Below are positions 17,929 to 26,883 of a stretch of DNA of 64,000 nt, in pieces. Position 1 is the first letter of the stretch. Each line of letters starts with the position of its first letter. Both the position numbers and the translations under genes were made by a program. The DNA comes from Anaerolineae bacterium (GTDB lineage: Bacteria > Chloroflexota > Anaerolineae > Promineifilales > Promineifilaceae): contig JBGCDP010000222.1 of the NCBI GenBank assembly GCA_045105475.1, forward strand, positions 4,471-68,470, read 5' to 3'. The notes beneath the pieces are model-generated. The model saw nothing but the letters and a program-made list of their open reading frames with translations, was not told the origin of the DNA and ran no database searches.

Positions 17929-20262
17929 ATGGCAAAACTAAAAACAACCCAGCTCCGGCGCAAATTTGACTCTCCAAAGCTAAAGTTTAAATCGACTAAA
18001 GATATTGAACCGTGTACAACAATTATCGGGCAACCCCGTGGGGTTATGGCGATTGAATTTGGGATTGAAATGCAAAGTCCCGGCTACAACATTTATGTTT
18101 TAGGGGAGTCTGGCACAGGTCGCACAACAACCATCAAAAAGTTTATCGAAGGGCGGGTTGAAAACCAGCCGGTGCCAAACGACTGGATCTATGTTAACAA
18201 TTTCCAATCGCCCCACTCGCCACTAGCACTAGAGCTTCCGGCCGGAGAAGGGTGCCGTTTACGCGATAGTTTAGAGGAGTGCATCAGCCGCTTGCGCCAA
18301 GAGCTGTCACGAGCATTTGATAACCAGCAATTCCGGGATGAAGCCTTGGCGATGCGCCAACAGCTTGAAGCTGAACGCCAACAACTAATGAATGTTTTCC
18401 AGCGACAGGCAAACTCACAAGGTGCGGCTCTCATCCAGACCCCGGAAGGATTCCGCATATTGCCAACAAAAGAGGGCGAACCGCTCGATGCAGAAAAGTT
18501 TAATGCGCTGCCCGATGAAGAAAAAGAGTCCTGGCGTATCTTACAAAATAAGCTTGAAAAAGAATTAGCGGCCGTAATGTACCAAGCTCGAGCGATTGAA
18601 AACTCAGCCCAAGATCGAATGGAACAGCTGGTTCAACGGGTTGGTGCATCTGTCGTCGATGTCGCGATAACTGAAGTCGCTGGTCAATTTGAAAAACAAA
18701 CTGTCTTAAAAGATTATTTCCAGCAGCTGCGTGAAGATATTTTAAAAAATATAAATCTATTCCGCCAAGCAGCAACCCCAGAGGGGGCAGCGCAGATGCC
18801 GCCTGCATGGTTTAGGCGCTATCAAGTTAATGTGGTTATTGATCACAAATTGAGCAAAAAAGCACCGGTTATTGTTGAGTATGATCCAACATTGCCACGC
18901 TTGCTCGGCCGGGTGGAGCATGAAGGTCGGTCGGGGGGCGCTGTGGTCACAGACTTTACGCTCATACGAGCAGGCGCACTGCATGCGGCAAATGGTGGCT
19001 ATTTGGTCTTGCGGGCACGAGATCTGTTTGCGGCCCCACTGGCGTATGAAGCGCTAAAACGAGCCTTACTCGGCAACGCTGTCCGGCCGGACGACCCGGC
19101 GATTCGTGGTGGTGCCGCGACCCGTACGCTTGATCCGCAATCTATCCCGCTCGATATCAAGGTGATTTTGATTGGCCCACCAGCGCTTTATTATCAGCTG
19201 GCAGGGTTAGATGAAGACTTTGACGCGATATTTAAAGTCATGGCTGATTTTGATCAAACAATCGAACGCAACGAAGAAAACGAGATGGAATATGCGACGT
19301 TTATTTCAGCCCGTGTCGATGAGAAAAAACTCAAGCCGTTTGACCGCAGCGCCATCGGTAAAATAATTGAATACGGCTCACGCTTGGCCAGCGACCAAAA
19401 AAGGTTAAGCACGCGTTTCGGCGATATTTCCGATTTGTTGAGCGAGGCAGACCATTGGGCAGAGAAAGCTGGGAAGAAAAAGGTGGTCGCCGCAGATGTA
19501 ACCAAAGCGGTTGAAACCCGTATCTACATGCGAAATCGCATCGAAAATCGAATGCGTGAAGGGGTGCTCGATAAAAAACAACTACTCACCACAACTGGCG
19601 CAAAAGTTGGTCAGATTAACGGCTTGGCCGTATCACAGGTTGGTGATTACGCATTCGGCCATCCATCGAGATTGACGGTAAGAACCTATGTAGGCAAGAA
19701 AGGGGTGGTCGCTATTGATCGTGAAGTGAATATGGCAGGAGCCATCCACAATAAAGGGGTGATGATATTGACAGGATATCTAGGCGGCCAATATGCGGCC
19801 GATCATCCACTTTCACTGTCAGCACAGATTACGTTTGAGCAAAATTATGGTGGTGTTGACGGCGATAGTGCTTCGTCGACTGAACTGTACGCACTGTTGT
19901 CGAGCCTAACCAACATTCCGGTTAATCAGAGCATCGCAGTAACCGGGTCGGTCAATCAATATGGGGAAGTTCAAGCGATTGGAGGCGCCACGCACAAAGT
20001 TGAAGGATGGTACGAGGTTTGTCTCGATCAGGGGTTAACGGGCGAGCAAGGGGCGATGATCCCGGCATCAAATGTCGCTGACCTGATGCTACGCGATGAG
20101 GTAGTCGCAGCGGTGGAAGAAGGAAAATTCCACTTATGGGCGGTTGAAACGATTGATGAAGGCATCGAGATCATGCTGGGTGAAGAAGCGGCCGTGGTCC
20201 ATGAAAAGGCTCAGACAAAGCTAACAGAGTTGGCAAAAAAGATGGCTGAATACGACGGATAA
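17929..20262 (+). CDS. Lon-like ATP-dependent protease (LonB/COG1067-type AAA+ plus S16 domain)
   Basis: Walker A is GESGTGRTT. The C-terminal Lon Ser-Lys region has GVDGDSASSTE and GGATHKVEG. Confidence 0.85.
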   Translation: MAKLKTTQLRRKFDSPKLKFKSTKDIEPCTTIIGQPRGVMAIEFGIEMQSPGYNIYVLGESGTGRTTTIKKFIEGRVENQPVPNDWIYVNNFQSPHSPLALELPAGEGCRLRDSLEECISRLRQELSRAFDNQQFRDEALAMRQQLEAERQQLMNVFQRQANSQGAALIQTPEGFRILPTKEGEPLDAEKFNALPDEEKESWRILQNKLEKELAAVMYQARAIENSAQDRMEQLVQRVGASVVDVAITEVAGQFEKQTVLKDYFQQLREDILKNINLFRQAATPEGAAQMPPAWFRRYQVNVVIDHKLSKKAPVIVEYDPTLPRLLGRVEHEGRSGGAVVTDFTLIRAGALHAANGGYLVLRARDLFAAPLAYEALKRALLGNAVRPDDPAIRGGAATRTLDPQSIPLDIKVILIGPPALYYQLAGLDEDFDAIFKVMADFDQTIERNEENEMEYATFISARVDEKKLKPFDRSAIGKIIEYGSRLASDQKRLSTRFGDISDLLSEADHWAEKAGKKKVVAADVTKAVETRIYMRNRIENRMREGVLDKKQLLTTTGAKVGQINGLAVSQVGDYAFGHPSRLTVRTYVGKKGVVAIDREVNMAGAIHNKGVMILTGYLGGQYAADHPLSLSAQITFEQNYGGVDGDSASSTELYALLSSLTNIPVNQSIAVTGSVNQYGEVQAIGGATHKVEGWYEVCLDQGLTGEQGAMIPASNVADLMLRDEVVAAVEEGKFHLWAVETIDEGIEIMLGEEAAVVHEKAQTKLTELAKKMAEYDG

Positions 20263-20590
20263 ATCGTCAAGATCATAAATCATTCAACTCATCTGATAAC
20301 AAACATGTAGGCTCCGCTTTGTTTAACGGTCAGCCGGTTTAATTGAGGTAGCTAGCTCCGGTTAGTCCTTCTGACTGCTTCCACAATTCGGCCGCATCTG
20401 CCCCATTTTTCGCAGCTGCGGTCGATTGAACTAAAACCGGATTGCCGCGCATTTCACCAAATCCACCAGGACCGAAATAGTCGTTGCCGTTGGTTTGAGT
20501 GTGACGAGTGAGTCAATCTTAATTATTAGACGCTAACACAGCGGAAGAATGAATTTAGAGCTAAATAGGGGTGTGGTTATTCGACTCTCA

Positions 20591-22639
20591 CTACCTAACA
20601 ACCAGCGGCAGATAAATAAGTACAGAACTCGATTCTGCCGTACCCGACGGAGTCAGCGTTGCAGATGGGATGGGGGTCGTAGTGCTCGTTGAAGCAGGGG
20701 GTGGAAGTGTGGGGGCATCGGGAGTTGCCGTCTGGGTTCCAGTTACGATCGGGGTCGCTGTAAGTGTGCCTGTGGCGGTTGAAGTTACAGTCGGCACAGA
20801 AGTCGCAGTCCCGGTCGGTATCGAAGTTTCTGTAGCGGCCGGTGTTGCAGTGGCACTGGCTATTGGGGTTGCTGTCTCAGTTGACACAACCGGGGTAGCT
20901 GTGGCGGCAGCTTGATTAATCACAATCTCGATGTCGGCCGTGTCTAGCAGCCCTGATGCGCCAAAAATCGACCACGTCACGGTTCTGGGCGGCGCAGGGT
21001 CAGCCGAGGTGCTGGTTTGGAATGAGATCGTTTTGATCACGGCCGCATAATCGGCCGTTACATTTGAGCCGCTTAAAGTTAAAGTCCCGCTAGGCGCATC
21101 AAAGTTACTACTAATCGTTCCGGTAACGGCCGCATTTAAGCTATCGAACCCTTGATCATAGTTGGCCGAAATCTGCACAGTCACAGTTAATATTTCTTCG
21201 CTGCCAACCAGAGTAACTTGTTCATTTGTGAGGGTATCGGTTACGCCAATCGAATACGCAGTGGTTGTCATCGGCTCTCGATTCAGAATACGCATAAATG
21301 CATCCTTATCGTTGCTGTTGACACCATCCATACTTGTATCAATTTGTTCAATCCCTTCCCATACAACAACAGGAATAGTCCCATCAATTGCTGAGACATA
21401 GGGCCATTCTTGTGCTCCGGCTTTAGATTGATTGACAACGAACTCTTCCGATAAAGCCGTCCCTGTCTGGTCAAGCTGAACGGCCAAAATAGCCGCACTC
21501 CCTGACCCGGCCGGGCCCTCTTCTCCACCAAATGATTCCCAAGTGACAACAAATGAGCCGTCTTTAAGGCCGACAACATCTGGCCTATGTTGAAATCCAC
21601 TTAGCTGAACTTTATTGACAATAAATTCATCGATTAGAGGCTCTCCTAGCTGATTTAATAGTCGGCCAGCGATATCGCTTGAACTCGTTTGATAAACAAC
21701 CACGCTATTACCGCTTAAGAATGGCGCAATTTGAGCGCTTTCTTGATTAGGCACGGGTGATGCACTCACTTGCTTATTCGGGCCAACTTTGGCTCCACTC
21801 GCATCAAACAGTTGAGCAAAAACATGTGTGTCACCCGAATTGTTCCGGCCGGGCCAGCTAATGATGCTGCCACCGTTTCGGAGTGGTGCCACGTTGGGTT
21901 TGATAACAAACGTTACAGAGACTTCATTTGAACTCATGATGCTTGTAACAGGAGTTAAGGTGCTGTCATATAACCGACTGCCTACTTCATAATGTCCAAA
22001 CTCAACCGATTGGCGATAAGTAAGCATAAAGTTGCCATTGGTTAGCTCAACCATTTCAGGCTCATTTGTACCCACAGTATCTGTAAGAATGGTTTGAGCT
22101 GGCCCTGTGGCTACTCCGGAGCTATTAAACTTCCTAGCTGCAATTTGCTTGTCTCTAAACCACACCGCATAAAAGCCACCGTCGCTAGTCGGTGTCAGAG
22201 CTACGTCATTCGCATGCCCGATCGAATCGTAGTCGTATAGCTGAATATCACTTGTGATTGTGGTGCCGTCAGCATTATAAATTTTACCAAACAGGTCCCT
22301 TTCATCAGCCGGGACACTGCTGGGGAAAGCTTCTATTTCAATATCCCATCCAAGAAGGAGAGTTCCATTTGCAAGCCCAGCGACACGCACATCCTCCTGC
22401 TTCATTTCGTCATTTAATCCGGCCGGATAGACCGATTCATCAGCCGCACTGCTTTCACTAATCGGCCCTAGTGTAGAAAGCTCCACATTGGTGAAAAATA
22501 TAATCTGGTTAGTTGCTGCCGTCGGTCGAAATTGAAGAACAATCGATAAAAACAGAATCGTGCTCAGCAAAAAAGAAATGGCTAATTTTCGGCCGCGGCC
22601 GTTTAGAAAAAACAAAGGTTTCACAGTTTTATTACTCAT
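20591..22639 (-). CDS. Large secreted repeat protein (beta-propeller-like hhhhW repeats, adhesin-type Ig-like module, PT/TA linker, C-terminal IYLPLVVR)
   Basis: There is a signal anchor. Repeats end in ..FVVTWES, ..VVVWEG and ..FYAVWFRD. A module reading SGTLTLSGSNVTADYAAVIKTISF is present. The protein ends ..SSSVLIYLPLVVR. Confidence 0.6.
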   Translation of the reverse strand: MSNKTVKPLFFLNGRGRKLAISFLLSTILFLSIVLQFRPTAATNQIIFFTNVELSTLGPISESSAADESVYPAGLNDEMKQEDVRVAGLANGTLLLGWDIEIEAFPSSVPADERDLFGKIYNADGTTITSDIQLYDYDSIGHANDVALTPTSDGGFYAVWFRDKQIAARKFNSSGVATGPAQTILTDTVGTNEPEMVELTNGNFMLTYRQSVEFGHYEVGSRLYDSTLTPVTSIMSSNEVSVTFVIKPNVAPLRNGGSIISWPGRNNSGDTHVFAQLFDASGAKVGPNKQVSASPVPNQESAQIAPFLSGNSVVVYQTSSSDIAGRLLNQLGEPLIDEFIVNKVQLSGFQHRPDVVGLKDGSFVVTWESFGGEEGPAGSGSAAILAVQLDQTGTALSEEFVVNQSKAGAQEWPYVSAIDGTIPVVVWEGIEQIDTSMDGVNSNDKDAFMRILNREPMTTTAYSIGVTDTLTNEQVTLVGSEEILTVTVQISANYDQGFDSLNAAVTGTISSNFDAPSGTLTLSGSNVTADYAAVIKTISFQTSTSADPAPPRTVTWSIFGASGLLDTADIEIVINQAAATATPVVSTETATPIASATATPAATETSIPTGTATSVPTVTSTATGTLTATPIVTGTQTATPDAPTLPPPASTSTTTPIPSATLTPSGTAESSSVLIYLPLVVR

Positions 22640-22745
22640 AAAAGGATAATTTTGGAATGCGCAGGCTACTGTAGACTAATCCCCAAAAACAATCTGTCAA
22701 TTACACTATTAGCCCAGAATCTAATTCGGCTAGCGTTTAGACTCA

Positions 22746-25274
22746 TCAGGGTAGCTCAACAGTTGGCAATAATGGAACTGTGACCACTATTGGGAAGGGT
22801 GTCGCAGTTGGCAAAGAAATGGTGGTGATCACCACAGGTGACGGTGTTGGTGTAGGAAGCAAAAGAGTCACAACGATTACAGGCGTCGGTGTATTTATAA
22901 CAACGGGCGTTTTTGTAGGCAGTGACAGAGTCGCAATAATCACAGGCGTCGGTGTATCAATAGGTACAGGCGTATTCGTCGGCAATGGCGTCTTCGTTGG
23001 CAGAGGAACTGTGGCGATAATTATTCGGGTTGGTGTAGCGGTTGGCAAAGGCGTTTTTGTAGGGAGTGGCGTCTTCGTGGGCAGTGCCGTTTTGGTTGGA
23101 AGTACAACCGTAGGGGTTTTTGTGGGAACTTGAGTTGGTGTCTTCGTTGGTATCGGCGTAATTGTCGGCAGAGGCAAAGTCGCTGTTTTCGTTGGTGCTG
23201 GCGTTACAGGTGTGTGCGTCGGTAGTGGTGTCTGCGTTGAAGTGGAAAGTGGTGTTTTAGTTTTGGTTGGAAGAGGTGTGTTTGTAGGCAACATCACCGT
23301 AGCTGTTTTTGTCAGCAACGTTCTAGTTGCAGTAGCAAATGGTGTATTTGTGCTAATCGCAGTAGAGACCTTTGTTGGCGTCGATGTATGGCTGATCGTA
23401 GCAGTCGGGGATTTTGTTGCACTACGCGGAGTAGACGTCGCACGTTGGGTTGGATTGCTTGGTTCTCCTGTGGCTGGAGGGGCAAAAATTGTAGAAGTGG
23501 CTGTCGGCGTTGGTGTAGCTGGCAAATAGGAGCCTAAACAGATATTTATATCTTTATAGCCCCCGGGAAAACGACTCAAAAGTCTTTGATACGAAACTGA
23601 GACCGCTTGCGGGATCAATCTAACAATTGGCTCAATAGTTAAATCCGAAGGATCAAACGAGGCACTACGGCCGGCGGACAGTTCAACAGACTCCTCGCGG
23701 CCGATTTGATAGTTACAATCACCCCGAAAACAATAAGCAATCAAACTTTGTTCCTCTTCAGAGAATTCAACCCCCATGCATGCGCCAGCCCCCTCCACCC
23801 GTTCAGCAACAGCAAATAAAACATCCTCGTCCTCTGCCCGAACCTCAACCTCAGCACCTTCAGAATAAAGGCCCGTTTCAATAAAGATATCGCTCTCCTC
23901 AAAAATCCTAAATTCAACCTTTTCGTCTACTTGACTGAATTCTATTTCGCTGGCCTGTTGGCTATAGATACTGGCATCTTCTCCATCGATCCCTTGATGA
24001 TTGATTTGGGCTTCAGCCATTTGACTAGCAAATAAGGGCTCATCTTCATAAGCTGGCACCGCGTCCTCTTGATCTTGAAGCCGGAATACGCCAATTTGGC
24101 CCGGCTGCAAAGTGGGACGTGGGGTCGTTGTTGGAATTGGAGTTTCAGTCGGCCGGGCATCCTCAGTTGCAGTTAAGATCGCGGCCACTGTTTGTGTCGC
24201 CCAAATCGCAATACTTGAGTCAGACGTTGCTTGATCTGATCCAACTTCAGAAGAGTCTGGATTGTTATTACTAATTTCAGCTAACTCAACTCGGGTAGGC
24301 TGTGTAACTAAATCGATGGCAGAGCGGTCGCGAAATAACACAATTGCAGCAACATAAAAAAGCAGGACTAAGACGGTAAGTCCACCAAAAAGCAAGGCTG
24401 TACGCTGGCGAATCCTTTTTGCCTGATTCACAATCTTTATCGCACGGGAAGGATCAGGCGTCTGTAAAATCGCAACCGAAACATTGTCGGCCGCGTCACG
24501 CCCTAGGGCAAAGGAAACCAGCCCTCGAGCAGCTCGGTCACCTTCTTGCGTCGTCAGAATCTGAATAATCTCATCTTGGCGGATAAGCGTCGACGAGGCC
24601 GCCCCATGGTTCCTAAATAGCCCATCGGAGCATACCAATACTGAGTCACCCTTTTGCAGCGGGAGCCCTTTTTTACCCCGTGCCTGAGCAAGTGCATACC
24701 CCTTCTGAGTAGTCGTCTGGCCGATATGGAATCCAACATCCACATCTAATTCGGCCGTATTTCCCAGACTCCAAACAAGTTTTTCAGCATCAGGATCACT
24801 TTGAGCCGTTTCAAAATCCATCTTGCTCAATATCGGAAAAATATTTTTAAATGTATGATCAAGGCTTAATTGGGAAAATTTACCGTCCCGAACAAAAAAG
24901 ACACCACAATTACCTATATTGGCAATAAAAAGCTTTTCATCATTTTGAATAACTGCTACTGCTAGTGAACAACCATAATTCTCAACTGAGGGTGCTGAGT
25001 GGCCCTTATCAACATAAATTGACTGATTAGCAGCTAACACCCCCTGCGCTAAAAGGTCACTAAGTTGTGGCTCTGCACCTTGCTGCAAGTATGTTAGCAA
25101 TGTATGCACAGCAGTTTGCGCTATCTGCCTGTTTTTTGTCTCTCCACTGTCGGCAACAACAGCAATTGATAGGCGGTCCCCATTCGACCGAGTGAAAGTT
25201 AAGACTTCTCCAAAATCGACAGCTTGTATGCTGGCACCTCTATCAAAATGAAACCCTGTAATAATTTCTGACAT
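22746..25274 (-). CDS. Membrane PP2C-family Ser/Thr phosphatase (PstP-like) with large extracytoplasmic region and about 260-aa Pro/Thr-rich tail
   Basis: The N-terminal PP2C domain has CSDGLF and DNVSVA motifs. A single TM segment (LLFGGLTVLVLLFYVAAIVLF) follows, then a Cys-containing domain and LPTKTP-type repeats. Confidence 0.85.
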   Translation of the reverse strand: MSEIITGFHFDRGASIQAVDFGEVLTFTRSNGDRLSIAVVADSGETKNRQIAQTAVHTLLTYLQQGAEPQLSDLLAQGVLAANQSIYVDKGHSAPSVENYGCSLAVAVIQNDEKLFIANIGNCGVFFVRDGKFSQLSLDHTFKNIFPILSKMDFETAQSDPDAEKLVWSLGNTAELDVDVGFHIGQTTTQKGYALAQARGKKGLPLQKGDSVLVCSDGLFRNHGAASSTLIRQDEIIQILTTQEGDRAARGLVSFALGRDAADNVSVAILQTPDPSRAIKIVNQAKRIRQRTALLFGGLTVLVLLFYVAAIVLFRDRSAIDLVTQPTRVELAEISNNNPDSSEVGSDQATSDSSIAIWATQTVAAILTATEDARPTETPIPTTTPRPTLQPGQIGVFRLQDQEDAVPAYEDEPLFASQMAEAQINHQGIDGEDASIYSQQASEIEFSQVDEKVEFRIFEESDIFIETGLYSEGAEVEVRAEDEDVLFAVAERVEGAGACMGVEFSEEEQSLIAYCFRGDCNYQIGREESVELSAGRSASFDPSDLTIEPIVRLIPQAVSVSYQRLLSRFPGGYKDINICLGSYLPATPTPTATSTIFAPPATGEPSNPTQRATSTPRSATKSPTATISHTSTPTKVSTAISTNTPFATATRTLLTKTATVMLPTNTPLPTKTKTPLSTSTQTPLPTHTPVTPAPTKTATLPLPTITPIPTKTPTQVPTKTPTVVLPTKTALPTKTPLPTKTPLPTATPTRIIIATVPLPTKTPLPTNTPVPIDTPTPVIIATLSLPTKTPVVINTPTPVIVVTLLLPTPTPSPVVITTISLPTATPFPIVVTVPLLPTVELP

Positions 25275-25630
25275 AGCGAAGTTAGTTAGGCAATCTATAC
25301 ATTGTCACAAACAAGCTAAGGGGAGTTTGCTCTGTTTGCAGATAGAGTCTGCCAAATATAGATTTTCCTTTTATGTAATCAAGTAAATCTCCTACAGTCA
25401 TCATCCTTATAAAGAAATCATCCATTCATCCTTACGGAAAAGTTGACACTCATAAGTTATTAATATAGTGGCTACCACTTGGCCCAATCACTTTTAAAAA
25501 CCTAGATTTCTCCTCATTATTCAATAGGTTAAAAGATAATGAGACTACTCTTCTAACAAAAAAGGGAGCTGTTGAATCATTACGATTTCTAAAGAATGCG
25601 CTTCGCTTGCTAAAGCTTTCTGTTACCATA

Positions 25631-26620
25631 ATGGTTATGTCACGGATGAAACGTAACGAGCTCGATCATTTAACGGAGCGGGAATTAGAAGAGGCGCTAT
25701 ACCGCAAACGATATATCGAGCGGAGAAATCGCCTAACCCGACTAAAAGATGAAGGTCGGGTTGTAGAATCACCGATTATTCAAACTAGGAATCCATCAAA
25801 CGCATCACCTTCATTTGCCTCGCCAGAAGCTTCTGCTGAACAAACACGGTGGGCTGAAACAGTAACAGGCAAACCGGCACAAAAAGGCGGCCGTTTGGGA
25901 GGCTTATTTAATCGATCGCTTCTACTAGTCGAAGTTGCGGCCGCTGTTGGGTTTATTTGGATTGTCTTTTCACTTGTGGGATCACTCCGCCAATTAAACA
26001 GTGATATAGCTGACGTCCAGCAGGCTGCTATTGCTGGCGTGCCCAGTATACCAACACCAACCCTTCCACCGGTTATCGATTTAGTTTTACTGCCTACAGG
26101 ACATCAACCACCAATCGAAGGTCAGCCGATTGTTCACGAAGAAGCAGGCGGCATCCCCGACCATCTACTACCACTAGTCGATGCCTACGTCCCTCCAGTC
26201 GCACCCACACCAGCTCCGGAGCAGCCACGTCAAATCGCTATTTCAAAGATTGGTGTCAACGCTCCTATCTTTCAAGGCCACGAAGAAGAGCAGTTGAAGA
26301 AAGGGGTTGGGCACAGCATTGGTACAGCCCTTGTTGGCACCCCTGGCAACATGGTTCTATCAGCCCATAATGACATTTATGGTGAGATATTCAGAAACTT
26401 AGATCAGCTTGAAAGCGGAGACGAGGTTATTGTCTCATCGGGGCGCGAAAGCTACACTTATATCATTAATAATATTCAGGTGGTTGAACCTACAGCTGTT
26501 GAAGTAATGGCTCCCACAGATCATGCCAGCCTAACTTTAATCTCTTGCTATCCGTATTTGATAGACAACAAGCGTATAATTGTAAAGGCTGATTTAAAAG
26601 AAACTTTAAATAACGGGTAA
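25631..26620 (+). CDS. Sortase (class E-like) with N-terminal membrane anchor
   Basis: Catalytic His is in LSAHND, catalytic Cys in TLISCYP, and Arg in RIIVKA. Candidate starts are 25607 (TTG), 25631, 25637 and 25646. Confidence 0.85.
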   Translation: MVMSRMKRNELDHLTERELEEALYRKRYIERRNRLTRLKDEGRVVESPIIQTRNPSNASPSFASPEASAEQTRWAETVTGKPAQKGGRLGGLFNRSLLLVEVAAAVGFIWIVFSLVGSLRQLNSDIADVQQAAIAGVPSIPTPTLPPVIDLVLLPTGHQPPIEGQPIVHEEAGGIPDHLLPLVDAYVPPVAPTPAPEQPRQIAISKIGVNAPIFQGHEEEQLKKGVGHSIGTALVGTPGNMVLSAHNDIYGEIFRNLDQLESGDEVIVSSGRESYTYIINNIQVVEPTAVEVMAPTDHASLTLISCYPYLIDNKRIIVKADLKETLNNG

Positions 26621-26622
26621 CT

Positions 26623-26883
26623 ATGACAAAACGATCTCAAGATACAAAAAGAATTAGAGAAGAAATGCGCAAAAAGCGTTTTCGGCCAGACAAAACGGCC
26701 GGAGCCGGGCCTTCAGCCGGCCGTCGTCGCCGCCGAGGACGCATCCGAAATGTATCAATTGAAGAATTACGGGAAGAATACAGCTATGTCTTAAAGGATT
26801 TAAGACGAATCTTTATCTTGGCGGCCGCAATGTTTGTCTTGCTTATTGCGGCTAACATTGTCTACCCACTTTTAGCTGGTTAG
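26623..26883 (+). CDS. Hypothetical Arg-rich tail-anchored small protein
   Basis: It starts 2 nt after the sortase stop. It has an RRRRRGR run and a C-terminal TM segment (IFILAAAMFVLLIAANIVYPLL). Confidence 0.45.
   Translation: MTKRSQDTKRIREEMRKKRFRPDKTAGAGPSAGRRRRRGRIRNVSIEELREEYSYVLKDLRRIFILAAAMFVLLIAANIVYPLLAG

Noticed and set aside
17929-20262. The Lon-like protease as BrxL of a BREX defence system.
   Set aside because: No PglX/PglZ/BrxA-C-like genes lie adjacent. The neighbours are a glycosidase and a secreted repeat protein. The sequence fits the general LonB/COG1067 type.
22780-23529. Long Gly/Val-rich ORFs on the + strand (22780-23133, 23212-23529). Similar ones occur at 12902-13327, 20670-20915 and 5242-5436.
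   Set aside because: They are the mirror image of Pro/Thr-rich linker coding on the opposite strand, because ACN/CCN codons read as NGT/NGG. They have no starts with an SD, and the sense-strand genes have clear domains.
22746-23530. Periodic DNA repeats that might be a CRISPR array or tandem-repeat locus.
   Set aside because: The repeats are imperfect and in-frame, and they encode LPTKTP-type peptide repeats inside a continuous 842-aa ORF. There is no repeat-spacer architecture and there are no cas genes.
25631-26620. The IYLPLVVR/IFIPVVVR tags as substrates of the adjacent sortase.
   Set aside because: The tags lack an LPXTG/LAXTG pentapeptide and a full TM helix plus basic tail. A link to the sortase cannot be supported from sequence and is left open.
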